A stretch of DNA of 64,000 bases, from contig LBVU01000002.1 in assembly GCA_000993205.1 (NCBI GenBank), positions 28,250 through 92,249 of the forward strand, written 5' to 3'. Origin of the DNA: Candidatus Woesebacteria bacterium GW2011_GWB1_39_10. GTDB taxonomy: Bacteria; Patescibacteriota; Microgenomatia; UBA8517. Positions 1 to 9,456 of this stretch are shown here, one piece after another. Within the stretch, counting starts at the first letter, position 1. Every line of letters begins with the position of its first letter. Position numbers and translations under genes: made by a program. The notes beneath the pieces are model-generated. The model was not told the origin of the DNA. It was given only the letters and a program-made list of their open reading frames with translations, and did no database searches.

Positions 1-1463
1 AGTTAATTAATGAGTTTTCCAAGAAGGGGCAGAGTCTTACTCTCTATAAATCTGGTGATTTTTCTGATCTTTGCCGAGGAGGGCATGTAGTCCACCCAAA
101 TCAAGAGATTGCACATTTCAAATTATTGTCCATCGCCGGCGCCTATTGGAGAGGCAATGAGAAGAATAAAATGCTTACGCGCATTTATGCCACGTGTTTT
201 CCGACAAAAGAAAAGCTGGAAAAATATCTTTTTCAACAAGATGAAGCTAAAAAGAGAGATCACAGAAAATTAGGCAAGGAAATGGGTTTGTTTACAATTA
301 ATGATCAGGTTGGACAAGGTCTTACCATTTGGTTACCAAATGGTTCAACCATAAGACGCGAGATAGAAAACTTCATGGTCGCCGAACAAGAAAAGCTTGG
401 TTACAAGCACGTTTATAGTCCCCACATTGGCCAAAAATCGCTTTGGGAAAAAAGCGGACACTGGGCCCTTTATAGAGAAAAAATGTATTCACCAATGGAT
501 GTTGATGGAACGGAGTATCTTGTTAAACCAATGACATGCCCAATGCACATTCAAACATATCAATTTAAATCAAGATCTTACAGGGAGCTACCGCTAAAAA
601 TTGCCGAAATAGCATCTGTTTACAGATACGAAAAATCAGGAGAACTGAATGGACTTCTGAGAGTTCGGGCATTTACTCAGGATGATGCGCATATTTTTTG
701 CACACCTGAACAGGCAGTTGATGAATTCATTTCGGTCTTTAAATTAATTCAGAAAATATATATGACTTTTGGGTTTACTGATTACAAAGTTCGTCTTGGA
801 GTTAGATCAAAGAAAGAAAAATACCTTGGAAACGATTCTCTATGGAAAGGGGCTGAAAAGAAGGCAGTTGAGGCATTAAAGAAAGTTGGATCTGACTACT
901 TTGTATCTGAGGGCGATGCCGCCTTTTATGGTCCCAAGGCTGATTTTCTAATTAAGGATGCATTAGGACGTGAATGGCAATGTGGTACCGTTCAAGTTGA
1001 TTTCATGTTACCCGAACGATTCGGCCTCAAATATATTGACCAAGATGGTAAAGAGAAAACACCTGTTATGGTTCATAGGGCACCACTGGGTTCAATCGAA
1101 AGATTCTTGGCGATTCTTATTGAAAATTATGCCGGTAATTTTCCAACTTGGCTAACACCAGTTCAGGTAAAAATTTTGCCAATTTCTGAAAAACATCTTG
1201 GTTATGCAAGGACAGTCCTTGCTAGGCTCAAAGAAAGCGGAATTCGCGTTGAACTTGACGACAGAAACGAGAGATTGCAGGCAAAAATCCGCGATTCCCA
1301 AATGGAGAAAGTTGCCTATATGTTAATTGTGGGAGACAAAGAAATGGAAAACGATTTAGTTGCACCAAGAAGTAGAACCGGTAAAAATTTTGGTACTCAG
1401 AAATTGGATAAATTTGTCAGAAATATTTTAGATGAGATTAAAAACAAAAAATCTGAAGTGTAA
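1..1463 (+). CDS. thrS: Threonyl-tRNA synthetase (5' part outside window)
   Basis: Frame is open from the window start (DLCRGGH editing-domain motif upstream of the listed ORF); has KPMTCPMH, YRYE..G.L.GLLRVR.FTQDDAH, AAFYGPK, WQCGTVQVDF and an anticodon-binding C-terminus. Confidence 0.97.
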   Translation, partial: LINEFSKKGQSLTLYKSGDFSDLCRGGHVVHPNQEIAHFKLLSIAGAYWRGNEKNKMLTRIYATCFPTKEKLEKYLFQQDEAKKRDHRKLGKEMGLFTINDQVGQGLTIWLPNGSTIRREIENFMVAEQEKLGYKHVYSPHIGQKSLWEKSGHWALYREKMYSPMDVDGTEYLVKPMTCPMHIQTYQFKSRSYRELPLKIAEIASVYRYEKSGELNGLLRVRAFTQDDAHIFCTPEQAVDEFISVFKLIQKIYMTFGFTDYKVRLGVRSKKEKYLGNDSLWKGAEKKAVEALKKVGSDYFVSEGDAAFYGPKADFLIKDALGREWQCGTVQVDFMLPERFGLKYIDQDGKEKTPVMVHRAPLGSIERFLAILIENYAGNFPTWLTPVQVKILPISEKHLGYARTVLARLKESGIRVELDDRNERLQAKIRDSQMEKVAYMLIVGDKEMENDLVAPRSRTGKNFGTQKLDKFVRNILDEIKNKKSEV

Positions 1464-1568
1464 CAACCCCCAAGGTTCTTCAAAAATGGATGGGAAAGGA
1501 AAAGATTGAAATTAAGTAAGTTTGACAGAAACTGAAGTCGGCCGTAAACTACATCATAATCAAAATAT

Positions 1569-3020
1569 ATGGCAACTTTTGGAGCGGAAATTGAGAAACC
1601 TATATCAGATATAGCTTCTGGTTTACCTCGTGGAATTTCTCAAAAATCATTTACAAGAATTTCAGCAAGTTATAAGAATGGAGAACTGGACTACAGCGAC
1701 ATCCAACCCGAAACGGCAATTGCAGTAAACGCACCAGAGATTGGGCACATAGGTCTAGATAATGGTTTTAATCTCCAAGAAACTTCTACACGTGTTACCA
1801 GGAACTTGGGAGAACTTGAGGCCATCTTAAAAACCGATTTAAAGACCTTACAAAATGTTTTAGCTGAAGAAGGAGCGACTGTTATAAATCTTTCGATTCA
1901 TCCCTTGGGAAAAACTGATTCAGCTACTCATAAAGTTTTTGTTGCGCCAAAAGGTGTTTATAAATATATTGCTCTGAGAGGTTGGGATCACGCTGCAGGA
2001 ATTGACGCTAAAGCACAGAATAGTCCATCAACTGGTGTCGAGCCACAAAACGCAGCAAAAGCTCTCACCGCAGTAATTGGCGCCTCCGCAGCAATGATAG
2101 GACTTTTTGCAAACAGCCCATTCGAGGAAGGTCAAGTAAGCCCATTTAAGGAGACTAGATTAAAAATGTGGGATAGGTTTATGAAAAATTCTACATCGGA
2201 AGGTGATAGGTTAACTGCTAAATTTCCCGAAAAACCATTCTTTACACTAAAAGATTATTTTACTTGGATGTTTGGTCCCGGAACTAATATGCATTTTGTA
2301 ATAGCTTCGGGTGGAAACTACAAAACATTCGGGGATGCAGCAATTATAATTAACGACAATCCATCTGTTTTGAGTTATTTATCAATGGGAAAAGCAGAAG
2401 GGAAATTCTTAAATTCAGGCCAAAAAATTACTATTATACCAGACCTAAAACATATGGAGGCGCTTCAATTTGCACAATTTACCAGTGCAAGAATTAGATG
2501 GCATTTTGATTCATTAAAGGTGAATAAACAGGAATTCCTTAATGCATATAAGAATGATTCTCTTGAGGAATTGTTTACAAACGGCTCGGTTTCTGACATT
2601 TACATTGAAGGTAGAGACCCGGGAGCAAATTTTCCTGATACACATCTAAACTCACTTGGTAATGAATTATCCTGGTCAACTATTATGGCGCCAAGCGCAA
2701 TTCAATCAGGAATAATTAACAATTTAGACGAGGCGCTTCAATATCTCAGAACTTTTAAGTGGCAACATCTTAATCTTTTGAGAGAAGCCGCAATTAAGGA
2801 CGGGTTGCACGGTGAGGTGGGTGGTGTAAAGGTTTTTGAGTTCACAAAAAAAGTTCTTGAAATTTCAGCAAAGGGACTTCCTGTAGGGCAACAAAAATTA
2901 CTAGCGTATCCTGTCCATGTCTTACAAACAAAACAAAACGGAGCGGATAGAGCGCTTGTAGATTATTCCAAAGGAAAATCAATTAAGGATATTGTAAAAT
3001 CAAGAAATGTCTCCGTCTAG
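1569..3020 (+). CDS. Glutamate-cysteine ligase (GshA/GCS2)-like gamma-glutamyl ligase, substrate unknown
   Basis: N-terminal FGAEIE, LQETS, GLFANSPF.EG, R...WD and YIEGRD motifs of the carboxylate-amine ligase fold. Confidence 0.75.
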   Translation: MATFGAEIEKPISDIASGLPRGISQKSFTRISASYKNGELDYSDIQPETAIAVNAPEIGHIGLDNGFNLQETSTRVTRNLGELEAILKTDLKTLQNVLAEEGATVINLSIHPLGKTDSATHKVFVAPKGVYKYIALRGWDHAAGIDAKAQNSPSTGVEPQNAAKALTAVIGASAAMIGLFANSPFEEGQVSPFKETRLKMWDRFMKNSTSEGDRLTAKFPEKPFFTLKDYFTWMFGPGTNMHFVIASGGNYKTFGDAAIIINDNPSVLSYLSMGKAEGKFLNSGQKITIIPDLKHMEALQFAQFTSARIRWHFDSLKVNKQEFLNAYKNDSLEELFTNGSVSDIYIEGRDPGANFPDTHLNSLGNELSWSTIMAPSAIQSGIINNLDEALQYLRTFKWQHLNLLREAAIKDGLHGEVGGVKVFEFTKKVLEISAKGLPVGQQKLLAYPVHVLQTKQNGADRALVDYSKGKSIKDIVKSRNVSV

Positions 3021-4143
3021 CAAACCTATCGTCATTAAAAAAATAGAAGTAAGACTTTTACGATTGCCTTTAATTACGACCTTCACAACGGGATTTGGAA
3101 CAATCAATTACAAAGAAACAGTTGTGGTCAGGCTTGAAGATTCCGACGGAGTAGTTGGTTGGGGTGAAGGGGCTGCTTTATCTTTTCCGAATTACTCCCC
3201 CGAAACTGCCATTACAACATATTTAGGACTTAAAGAATATTTATTACCATCGATTGTCGGAAAGCGTATTTCTGGTCCTGAAGGTCTCGATAATTTATAT
3301 TCACAAGTAAAAGGTTACCATTTTGCCAAAACAGCAATTGACTGTGCGATGTGGATGATTTGTTCAATCAAGTCCCAACAATCATTGAAACAGCTTCTTG
3401 GAGGAAAAAGTGAGAGTGTCGCTATTGGCGAAAGTATCGGAATTAAAAATTCCATCGATGAAACTTTGGAAGAAATTTCATTAAGACTGGACCAGGGATA
3501 TCAAAGAATAAAAATTAAAATTAAACCTGGCTGGGATGTCGAGCTCGTTAGAAAAGTTAGAGCAAAATTTAGTGACATTCCCTTGATGGTGGATGCCAAC
3601 TCTTCTTATTCATTAAATGATGTTCCCATATTTAAAAAACTTGATAAATTTAACTTAATGATGATTGAACAACCGTTAGGTGATACCGATATTGTTGACC
3701 ACTCGTTTTTGCAAAAAGAAATTACAACCCCTATTTGCCTTGATGAAAGCATTCTGTCAGTGGAGGATGCCAGGAAGGCTATAAAAATAGGGGCATGTAA
3801 AATAATAAATATTAAGCCCGGACGTGTTGGCGGGATTTCAGAATCTAAAAAAATCCACGATTTTTGCCAAGATAATAATATCGGCGTATGGTGCGGTGGA
3901 CTATTAGAAACTGGGATCGGTCGCGCCTTTAATATCGCACTTTCTTCCCTTCCGGGTTTTAAATATCCTGCAGACATGTCTCCGAGTTCGTTTTTTTATA
4001 AAGAAGACTTAATCGATCCAACATACGAAGTGGATAAAAACGGATATATTGCAATACCAACAGCTACAGGTCTTGGCTACAATCTTGAAATGAAACGTAT
4101 TAATAAATATACAAAACAAAAATACAATACAAGGGCATATTGA
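3007..4143 (+). CDS. menC: o-succinylbenzoate synthase / N-acylamino acid racemase (NSAR/OSBS subfamily, enolase superfamily)
   Basis: GWGE, KIKIKPG, DAN, IEQP, LDES, NIKPGRVGG and WCGGLLETGIGRA motifs; no other men genes nearby. Confidence 0.88.
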   Translation: MSPSSKPIVIKKIEVRLLRLPLITTFTTGFGTINYKETVVVRLEDSDGVVGWGEGAALSFPNYSPETAITTYLGLKEYLLPSIVGKRISGPEGLDNLYSQVKGYHFAKTAIDCAMWMICSIKSQQSLKQLLGGKSESVAIGESIGIKNSIDETLEEISLRLDQGYQRIKIKIKPGWDVELVRKVRAKFSDIPLMVDANSSYSLNDVPIFKKLDKFNLMMIEQPLGDTDIVDHSFLQKEITTPICLDESILSVEDARKAIKIGACKIINIKPGRVGGISESKKIHDFCQDNNIGVWCGGLLETGIGRAFNIALSSLPGFKYPADMSPSSFFYKEDLIDPTYEVDKNGYIAIPTATGLGYNLEMKRINKYTKQKYNTRAY

Positions 4144-4178
4144 CATTAAAATTTATTTTTGTTAGTCTCCTCTAAACA

Positions 4179-5390
4179 ATGAATGCTGAAAATAAAAAGA
4201 GTGAGGGTTATGTAGCCACTGGTTTGCCAGTTGAATATAGAGGAGAATATGGGCAAATTATAGACTTAGGTCTTGCAGCAAATCCCAGTGGCGCAGCATT
4301 CGATGCTAAGAAATTAGCCGATCTAACTTCTACAAAACAAATCGCAGAATATGATGAAGATGTCCACCATTCGGACATTAAAGACCTGTTAATCGAAGGA
4401 ATTGGTCTTAAAAATATAGGAAACGAATCCGTCATTTTTCATCCAAACGGCAGTTACGGAGCGGGTGATGAGGTTATAAGGGCTTTATCAAACCATTCTC
4501 ACCAACAAGGAAAAACGTTAACGGTTTATGTTCCAACTTATTCTTTTCCGAATGTTGAACAATATGCCGCGCGTAATAATGCCAGGTATGTACCGGTAAT
4601 TTCCGATAAGTCGTTTTTGCAAAGCGATTCTCTTAATGCCGTTCTAGACATGAAAAGTAATCAGTTATCGGGAAATGTTGTTTATGTTGACTATCCAAAT
4701 AACCCCTCAGGCGTTGCGAACAAAGATCTTTTACGAAAAGTTGTAAACCATGTAAGTTTCCACGGAGGAATACCTTTTGTTGATTTGGCGTTTGGTGAAG
4801 TTTTAGGCGATGAATTTAAAGACGGTATTCAATATACGATAGATCGTGGAGGTGTGTGCGTGGGTTCATTAACCAAAACACAGGGCCTGGCTGCTCTACG
4901 TGCAGGTTATATTCTTATGAACCCGGGATTGTCTAAAAACCTATATAGTAAAGGCGAAAAACTTGTATTTGGTCTTCCAGCCCATGTTAAAAATGCCTAC
5001 ACATTGTTGTTCACGGGTTCTGAAGGAAAAACTCTCGCTAGGGCACAAGCTCTTAAGGCGATTAATTATAATCACCAGACAAATAGCAAACTTTATGAAG
5101 CTTTAACAAATTTAGGTCTAAAAATAGCGCCTACTATTTACGAAACCCCCGTGCAAATCGTGGCAAATGCCAACGACGACCTCTTCACCAGGCTTGCATG
5201 TGTAGGAATTAAAAGCGAAAGTTTGAACGAGTATTCTAATACTTTGGGCAAAGAGGCCTCAAAAGGATATGGAAACCAAGCTGTTAGAATATTGACCCCA
5301 AGAGTGGGAATGCTTGAAGAAACAATTAAAAGATTTCGTGTTGCAATGCAATTAACAGACAACCATATTCAATCAAAGGCCAAGAAATAA
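4179..5390 (+). CDS. PLP-dependent class I/II aminotransferase (HisC/aromatic-like)
   Basis: YPNNPSG, VDLAF and GSLTKTQGLAALRAGY (PLP lysine) motifs. Confidence 0.85.
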   Translation: MNAENKKSEGYVATGLPVEYRGEYGQIIDLGLAANPSGAAFDAKKLADLTSTKQIAEYDEDVHHSDIKDLLIEGIGLKNIGNESVIFHPNGSYGAGDEVIRALSNHSHQQGKTLTVYVPTYSFPNVEQYAARNNARYVPVISDKSFLQSDSLNAVLDMKSNQLSGNVVYVDYPNNPSGVANKDLLRKVVNHVSFHGGIPFVDLAFGEVLGDEFKDGIQYTIDRGGVCVGSLTKTQGLAALRAGYILMNPGLSKNLYSKGEKLVFGLPAHVKNAYTLLFTGSEGKTLARAQALKAINYNHQTNSKLYEALTNLGLKIAPTIYETPVQIVANANDDLFTRLACVGIKSESLNEYSNTLGKEASKGYGNQAVRILTPRVGMLEETIKRFRVAMQLTDNHIQSKAKK

Positions 5391-5395
5391 ACACC

Positions 5396-6472
5396 ATGGA
5401 GAGAAAATATTTTAAAGAAAAATTAACTGAACTTGTAGCCATCCCGACTATCAGAGAAAAAGAGATGCTAAAAGAAAGTTCCGAAGCTTTAGATCTCATA
5501 GAAAGTTGGGCCGACTCCGCATTGTCAAAAAGGCGTATTAAAAATGGAAAAACTGAAATTTTACTTTTAGGAAACGGAAATTTACTAAACCCAGATATCG
5601 GTTATTTAGCACACGTGGATGTAGTCGATGCCGACAAAGAAATGTTTAAAATGACCGAGACTGATGGAAAATTTTATGGACGAGGAGTAAGCGATATGAA
5701 ATTTTCGATACCTATTGGAATTGAAATACTAAACAAATTAGCCAAAGATAAAGGCGCTCCAGTTATGACTCTCGCCATAACAACAGACGAGGAAGTCGGA
5801 GGCGGGGATGGAGGAAATTATTTAGCAAATGAAATTAAATTTATTCCTGAAGTTCTTATAGTACCGGACGGAGGAGATGATTTTGTTTTTGTTAATAAAT
5901 CTAAAGGTAAGGCAACTCACGCCTCAACTCCTTGGCTTGGAAAAAATGCATTAACGCCATTAATCAAAATAGCAAGTGGGCTGGGCGCGATATATGATCA
6001 GAATTCTGCATCACCCAATTGGGAAACCACGATGAATTTGGGAGTACTCCAAGGTGGCAAATCGACCAATCAGGTTTGTGACGAAGCTACTCTCAAATTG
6101 GATTTTAGATTTCCCGAGACCAGAAGTGCTAACGAAATATTGGAAGAGGTAAGAAAAGCTTCTGAAAAAATTGATCCCAATCTTTCCATTAAACTTGGTG
6201 CCCAAGGTGACCCAATATATACAGACATAAAAAATCTTGAAGTGACAAGATTTTTAAAAATAGCTAGAGATGTTCTCGGCAGAAATATAAAAATTGAAGG
6301 AGAAAACGGAGCATCTGACGCTAGATACTGGGCCAAGTATAATATTCCTATAATAATGAAGCCGAATGGAGGAGGTATACATAGTGACAAAGAGTGGATC
6401 GATGTTGAATCTTGTCTAACGTATTATGAAATATTATCAAAGTATGTAAACGAATTCACTAGTATAATTTGA
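5396..6472 (+). CDS. M20 family metallo-amidohydrolase (ArgE/DapE-like), copy 1
   Basis: HVDVV, YGRGVSDMK, TDEEVGG, HAS.PWLG.NA, ASDARY and IHSDKE motifs. Confidence 0.9.
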   Translation: MERKYFKEKLTELVAIPTIREKEMLKESSEALDLIESWADSALSKRRIKNGKTEILLLGNGNLLNPDIGYLAHVDVVDADKEMFKMTETDGKFYGRGVSDMKFSIPIGIEILNKLAKDKGAPVMTLAITTDEEVGGGDGGNYLANEIKFIPEVLIVPDGGDDFVFVNKSKGKATHASTPWLGKNALTPLIKIASGLGAIYDQNSASPNWETTMNLGVLQGGKSTNQVCDEATLKLDFRFPETRSANEILEEVRKASEKIDPNLSIKLGAQGDPIYTDIKNLEVTRFLKIARDVLGRNIKIEGENGASDARYWAKYNIPIIMKPNGGGIHSDKEWIDVESCLTYYEILSKYVNEFTSII

Positions 6473-6496
6473 CAAGAGATAATCTAATGTTAGAAT
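6469..6496 (+). promoter_or_regulatory. sigma70 promoter for the Phe leader/decarboxylase
   Basis: TTGACA (6469-6474), 16 nt, TAGAAT (6491-6496) preceded by TG (extended -10). Confidence 0.7.
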
Positions 6497-6506
6497 ACCA
6501 ATTAGT

Positions 6507-6563
6507 ATGAATCCTAAAGATTTCGCATTCAAATTTTTCTTTATTGAAAAGGAGCTTAAATAA
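6507..6563 (+). CDS. Phe-rich leader peptide MNPKDFAFKFFFIEKELK (putative attenuator)
   Basis: 18-codon ORF with 5 Phe codons directly after a promoter and directly before a hairpin plus T-run. Confidence 0.7.
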   Translation: MNPKDFAFKFFFIEKELK

Positions 6564-6586
6564 AGCGCCACAGGGCACTTTTTTTT
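6562..6586 (+). terminator. Putative attenuator terminator
   Basis: AAAGCGCC...GGCACTTT hairpin (one mismatch) followed by a T8 run, about 10 nt before the decarboxylase ATG. Confidence 0.5.
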
Positions 6587-6595
6587 ATTTATAAA

Positions 6596-8113
6596 ATGGA
6601 AAGATTTTTACCTGCAAACAAAGATAAAGAACAAGCTCGAGTTTTGCAATATTTTATTGACCCTCAAAATCCCAACATGCAGTATAAACAATTTGCGAGA
6701 AACTTGACGTCAATGTTTTTGGGAGCAAACCCTTCAGCTGAACAACAAAAAATCGCCAGACAACTCATGGGGATTTTTGATGAAGTAAAAGACGCAAGAC
6801 AATTTAATGAAACATATATCGGACACATGCTGTCTGAGGCATCAATTCCTGGAATGTGGGGTTATATGCTTGCTACAAGACTTGGGAGCAATACCGTAGC
6901 CCGTGAAGTTTCTGAATTGGAATCAAGACTGGAACCGGAAGCTATTCGAGGATTGATGAAAATGGTTGGCTATGACCAAAACGAAGCAAGTGGAACTTTT
7001 ACTTCGGGAGGCTCAATTGCAGTTTTTACTGCAATTGATGTTGCAGTCAAAAGAATAAAAAGACAATTCGACGAGGCGGAAAAACAAATAGACAAACCAT
7101 TGGTAATTTTATACAACAAATTTGCCCATTATAGTTTTCATAAAGCTGTAGATGCCTTGGGCGGGCCAGCTAGAATGATCGAAAAAATGGAGGTAGAATC
7201 TCCCGGTTTCAGAATGAATCCTCGCGATCTTGAAAAAAAGATCGAACAGAGTTTGAAAGAAGGCAAGATCGTCGCAGCCGTGTTTGCTATTGCCGGGGAA
7301 ACAGAAACCGGAATCGTCGATGATCTAACCCAAATATCAAAGATATCAAAAAAACATGGCATTTTTACTATTGCCGACGGAGCTTACGGAGCACCATACA
7401 GATTGTCTCGCAAAAGTTCACTTTTCAAATCCTTAAACGAATATGATGCAATCACTATCGATGGCCACAAGGCACTTTACACACCCTATTCAAATGGGGC
7501 AGTACTTTTTAAAGATAAACACAACCACGTTCTTCTAAATCTGGGGGTCAAAGCGCCATACGTTAAGTTTGAAGAAAAAGAAGAGGCAATTTTAAGAAAT
7601 TTATCTTATAAAAATCTCGGGTTTAGTCTTGGAGAAAAAAGATTCGAAGGATCAGGTGGAGCTGGGTCAATCCTTTCAACTGTAGCAGTATTGAGAACTC
7701 TAGGGCTTGAAGGGCTGACCACCGTCTACGACATCACGCTAGATAGAATCGAATATTTGAATGACAGATTGAATCGTTCTAAAATACTAATGCCCATACA
7801 TGAACCAGATGTAAATTTGCAGTGCTTTAGAATTAGACCAGATGTTGAACACTTGTTCGGTGTAAACGATAACAGTCGAAGATCAGATATTGTTGAAAAA
7901 AGTAGAATCGATGATGTAGATAAAGGGTTGAGAGGCAAAGGCGGGTTTTTCTTCTCTTCAACAGATTTTGATCTTCCCAATTATTATGGAAAAATTGAGC
8001 AAACTGCGGTTTGGAGAGCTTGTCTTATGAATCCAAGAACTTCTAACAAAATATTGGACCAGGCCGTAGCCGAACTTGAAAGTTCAGTTCTTAAAAGATT
8101 AGGGTCAAAATAG
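6596..8113 (+). CDS. Group II PLP-dependent amino acid decarboxylase (aromatic/glutamate/DABA type)
   Basis: GTFTSGGS, HYSFHKA, AGETETGIVDDL, DGAYG and DAITIDGHK (PLP lysine) motifs. Confidence 0.9.
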   Translation: MERFLPANKDKEQARVLQYFIDPQNPNMQYKQFARNLTSMFLGANPSAEQQKIARQLMGIFDEVKDARQFNETYIGHMLSEASIPGMWGYMLATRLGSNTVAREVSELESRLEPEAIRGLMKMVGYDQNEASGTFTSGGSIAVFTAIDVAVKRIKRQFDEAEKQIDKPLVILYNKFAHYSFHKAVDALGGPARMIEKMEVESPGFRMNPRDLEKKIEQSLKEGKIVAAVFAIAGETETGIVDDLTQISKISKKHGIFTIADGAYGAPYRLSRKSSLFKSLNEYDAITIDGHKALYTPYSNGAVLFKDKHNHVLLNLGVKAPYVKFEEKEEAILRNLSYKNLGFSLGEKRFEGSGGAGSILSTVAVLRTLGLEGLTTVYDITLDRIEYLNDRLNRSKILMPIHEPDVNLQCFRIRPDVEHLFGVNDNSRRSDIVEKSRIDDVDKGLRGKGGFFFSSTDFDLPNYYGKIEQTAVWRACLMNPRTSNKILDQAVAELESSVLKRLGSK

Positions 8114-8142
8114 TTGACAACGTCTTTAAAAAAAACTAAGCT
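8114..8142 (+). promoter_or_regulatory. sigma70 promoter for the second Phe leader
   Basis: TTGACA (8114-8119), 17 nt, TAAGCT (8137-8142); ATG 7 nt later (leaderless). Confidence 0.7.
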
Positions 8143-8149
8143 ATACGTA

Positions 8150-8215
8150 ATGACTTTGATTTCTAACAGATTTTTCTTTTTTACCTTCCTTTCAACGGGA
8201 GGTAATCTTATGTAG
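8150..8215 (+). CDS. Phe-rich leader peptide MTLISNRFFFFTFLSTGGNLM (putative attenuator)
   Basis: Four consecutive Phe codons plus one more; contains ACCTTCC and GGGAGGT segments that allow alternative pairing with the downstream terminator. Confidence 0.8.
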   Translation: MTLISNRFFFFTFLSTGGNLM

Positions 8216-8237
8216 CTAAAAAACAAAGCAAATAAGG

Positions 8238-8262
8238 GACCTCCCCAAAAGGGAGGTTTTTT
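8238..8262 (+). terminator. Intrinsic (attenuator) terminator
   Basis: GACCTCCC-CAAAA-GGGAGGTT stem followed by a T-run. Confidence 0.85.
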
Positions 8263-8286
8263 GTTGGTTAGAAAGGAGACAAAAAC

Positions 8287-8463
8287 ATGCGCGAAACAGA
8301 AATACAAAATACAACTGCATCTAAAGTTGTAACAACTGTAGATGCCGTCATCCACGATGCAATTAAAACCAGTCCTCCTATTGATAAAAAAAGAGGAGAT
8401 CTTATTCGCGGAGAAACATATTATTTAACCGGAGGCGACCCAGATAAAAGAAATCAAATATAG
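8287..8463 (+). CDS. 58-aa ORF downstream of the Phe attenuator (small protein or truncated remnant)
   Basis: Strong SD GAAAGGAG (8271-8278); MRETEIQNTTASKVVTTVDAVIHDAIK...DKRNQI*. Confidence 0.5.
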   Translation: MRETEIQNTTASKVVTTVDAVIHDAIKTSPPIDKKRGDLIRGETYYLTGGDPDKRNQI

Positions 8464-9074
8464 TTTGCCGGAACGATAATTGGCAAAACTCTCACATCAC
8501 TATTGCTAGTTTTTCCCGGTCTATAGGCCACCAATGGTAAACCATTAAAAGACCTACCTACATACAAATAATTTTCACCAGGACCAATTGTTGTGGTGGA
8601 TGCGTTATCGTAGCTTCCGGCTCTTCTAAAAAAACTCATATTTGTTTTTGAGGTGTAACCACAATCAAGGTCTAAGTAATCCAACGCCGTCCCAATAATT
8701 GCTTTTACACCAGGAATGATCTGAGAAAGTGACTGGCTGTATTTCTTCGTCATTTCCTGTTGCCCCTGAAGCGTCAAACCACCCGAACCGGGAAGAAATA
8801 AATCATCAACATTAATAGCGACCTCTGACGCTTTACATCGCTCATTTTCAATTTCAAGTCCATTGTGCCAATTAGACCAAAAACCTACACCATTCATTTT
8901 CAATGATGCAACTGATTCGCCTCTGAGCTCGAAAATTTGAAAACCTCGCTTTTCTAATTCAATTCGTTGTTCGGAAGAAAACCTTGTAATTGCAAATACC
9001 TCCCGGCCTGATAAAATATCCTTCATGTTGATACTATAACATGGCATGTCAATCTGGGAAAACAATATAGTCAT
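8454..9074 (-). CDS. Hypothetical protein (true start probably internal)
   Basis: 206-aa ORF with protein-like composition; no recognised motif. Confidence 0.55.
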   Translation of the reverse strand: MTILFSQIDMPCYSINMKDILSGREVFAITRFSSEQRIELEKRGFQIFELRGESVASLKMNGVGFWSNWHNGLEIENERCKASEVAINVDDLFLPGSGGLTLQGQQEMTKKYSQSLSQIIPGVKAIIGTALDYLDLDCGYTSKTNMSFFRRAGSYDNASTTTIGPGENYLYVGRSFNGLPLVAYRPGKTSNSDVRVLPIIVPANYI

Positions 9075-9456
9075 GGAACGTCACAGTGAGGGAAAAAGGA
9101 TTATCACAAGATTAAACAGCAACCAAAATCTTATCGAGATTGGTGAACCTGGCAACTGTCGAATATGGACAACTTTGGCATTTAAAATAGTCCGATCAGC
9201 GTTTCCAAACACACAACTCGAAGCCAGAGAAGTGGATATTTCCGAATACCTACAACACACTTTTTTAAAAATCACACCTATCAATGAAGAGCCTCTTTTG
9301 TGTGATGGACTGGGGCAGAAAAACATCCTCCTTTTTTTTGATTACGAATCCGAAGCTCCAAAACATCTTCAAAATAGTCGCATGGATATACTTAACAGTT
9401 ATTTAAAATTTGACAACTCCAAATTCCGTGATAATATACATTTGTTAACATCGTAA
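9073..9456 (+). CDS. Hypothetical protein
   Basis: ORF 9046-9456 with a likely start at ATG 9073; GNC...QH pattern weakly reminiscent of a transglutaminase-like triad. Confidence 0.5.
   Translation: MERHSEGKRIITRLNSNQNLIEIGEPGNCRIWTTLAFKIVRSAFPNTQLEAREVDISEYLQHTFLKITPINEEPLLCDGLGQKNILLFFDYESEAPKHLQNSRMDILNSYLKFDNSKFRDNIHLLTS

Noticed and set aside
1486-1509. Tiny ORF MDGKGKD before the ligase gene as a possible leader peptide
   Set aside because: Lies upstream of the TTGACA promoter, with no amino-acid run and no terminator
3007-4143. Menaquinone biosynthesis operon
   Set aside because: No menB/D/E/F/H nearby; context favours racemase function
8454-8640. C-terminus of the 8454-9074 protein loosely resembles CLec-fold DGR target proteins
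   Set aside because: No reverse transcriptase or template repeat seen in the window, and the resemblance is by eye only
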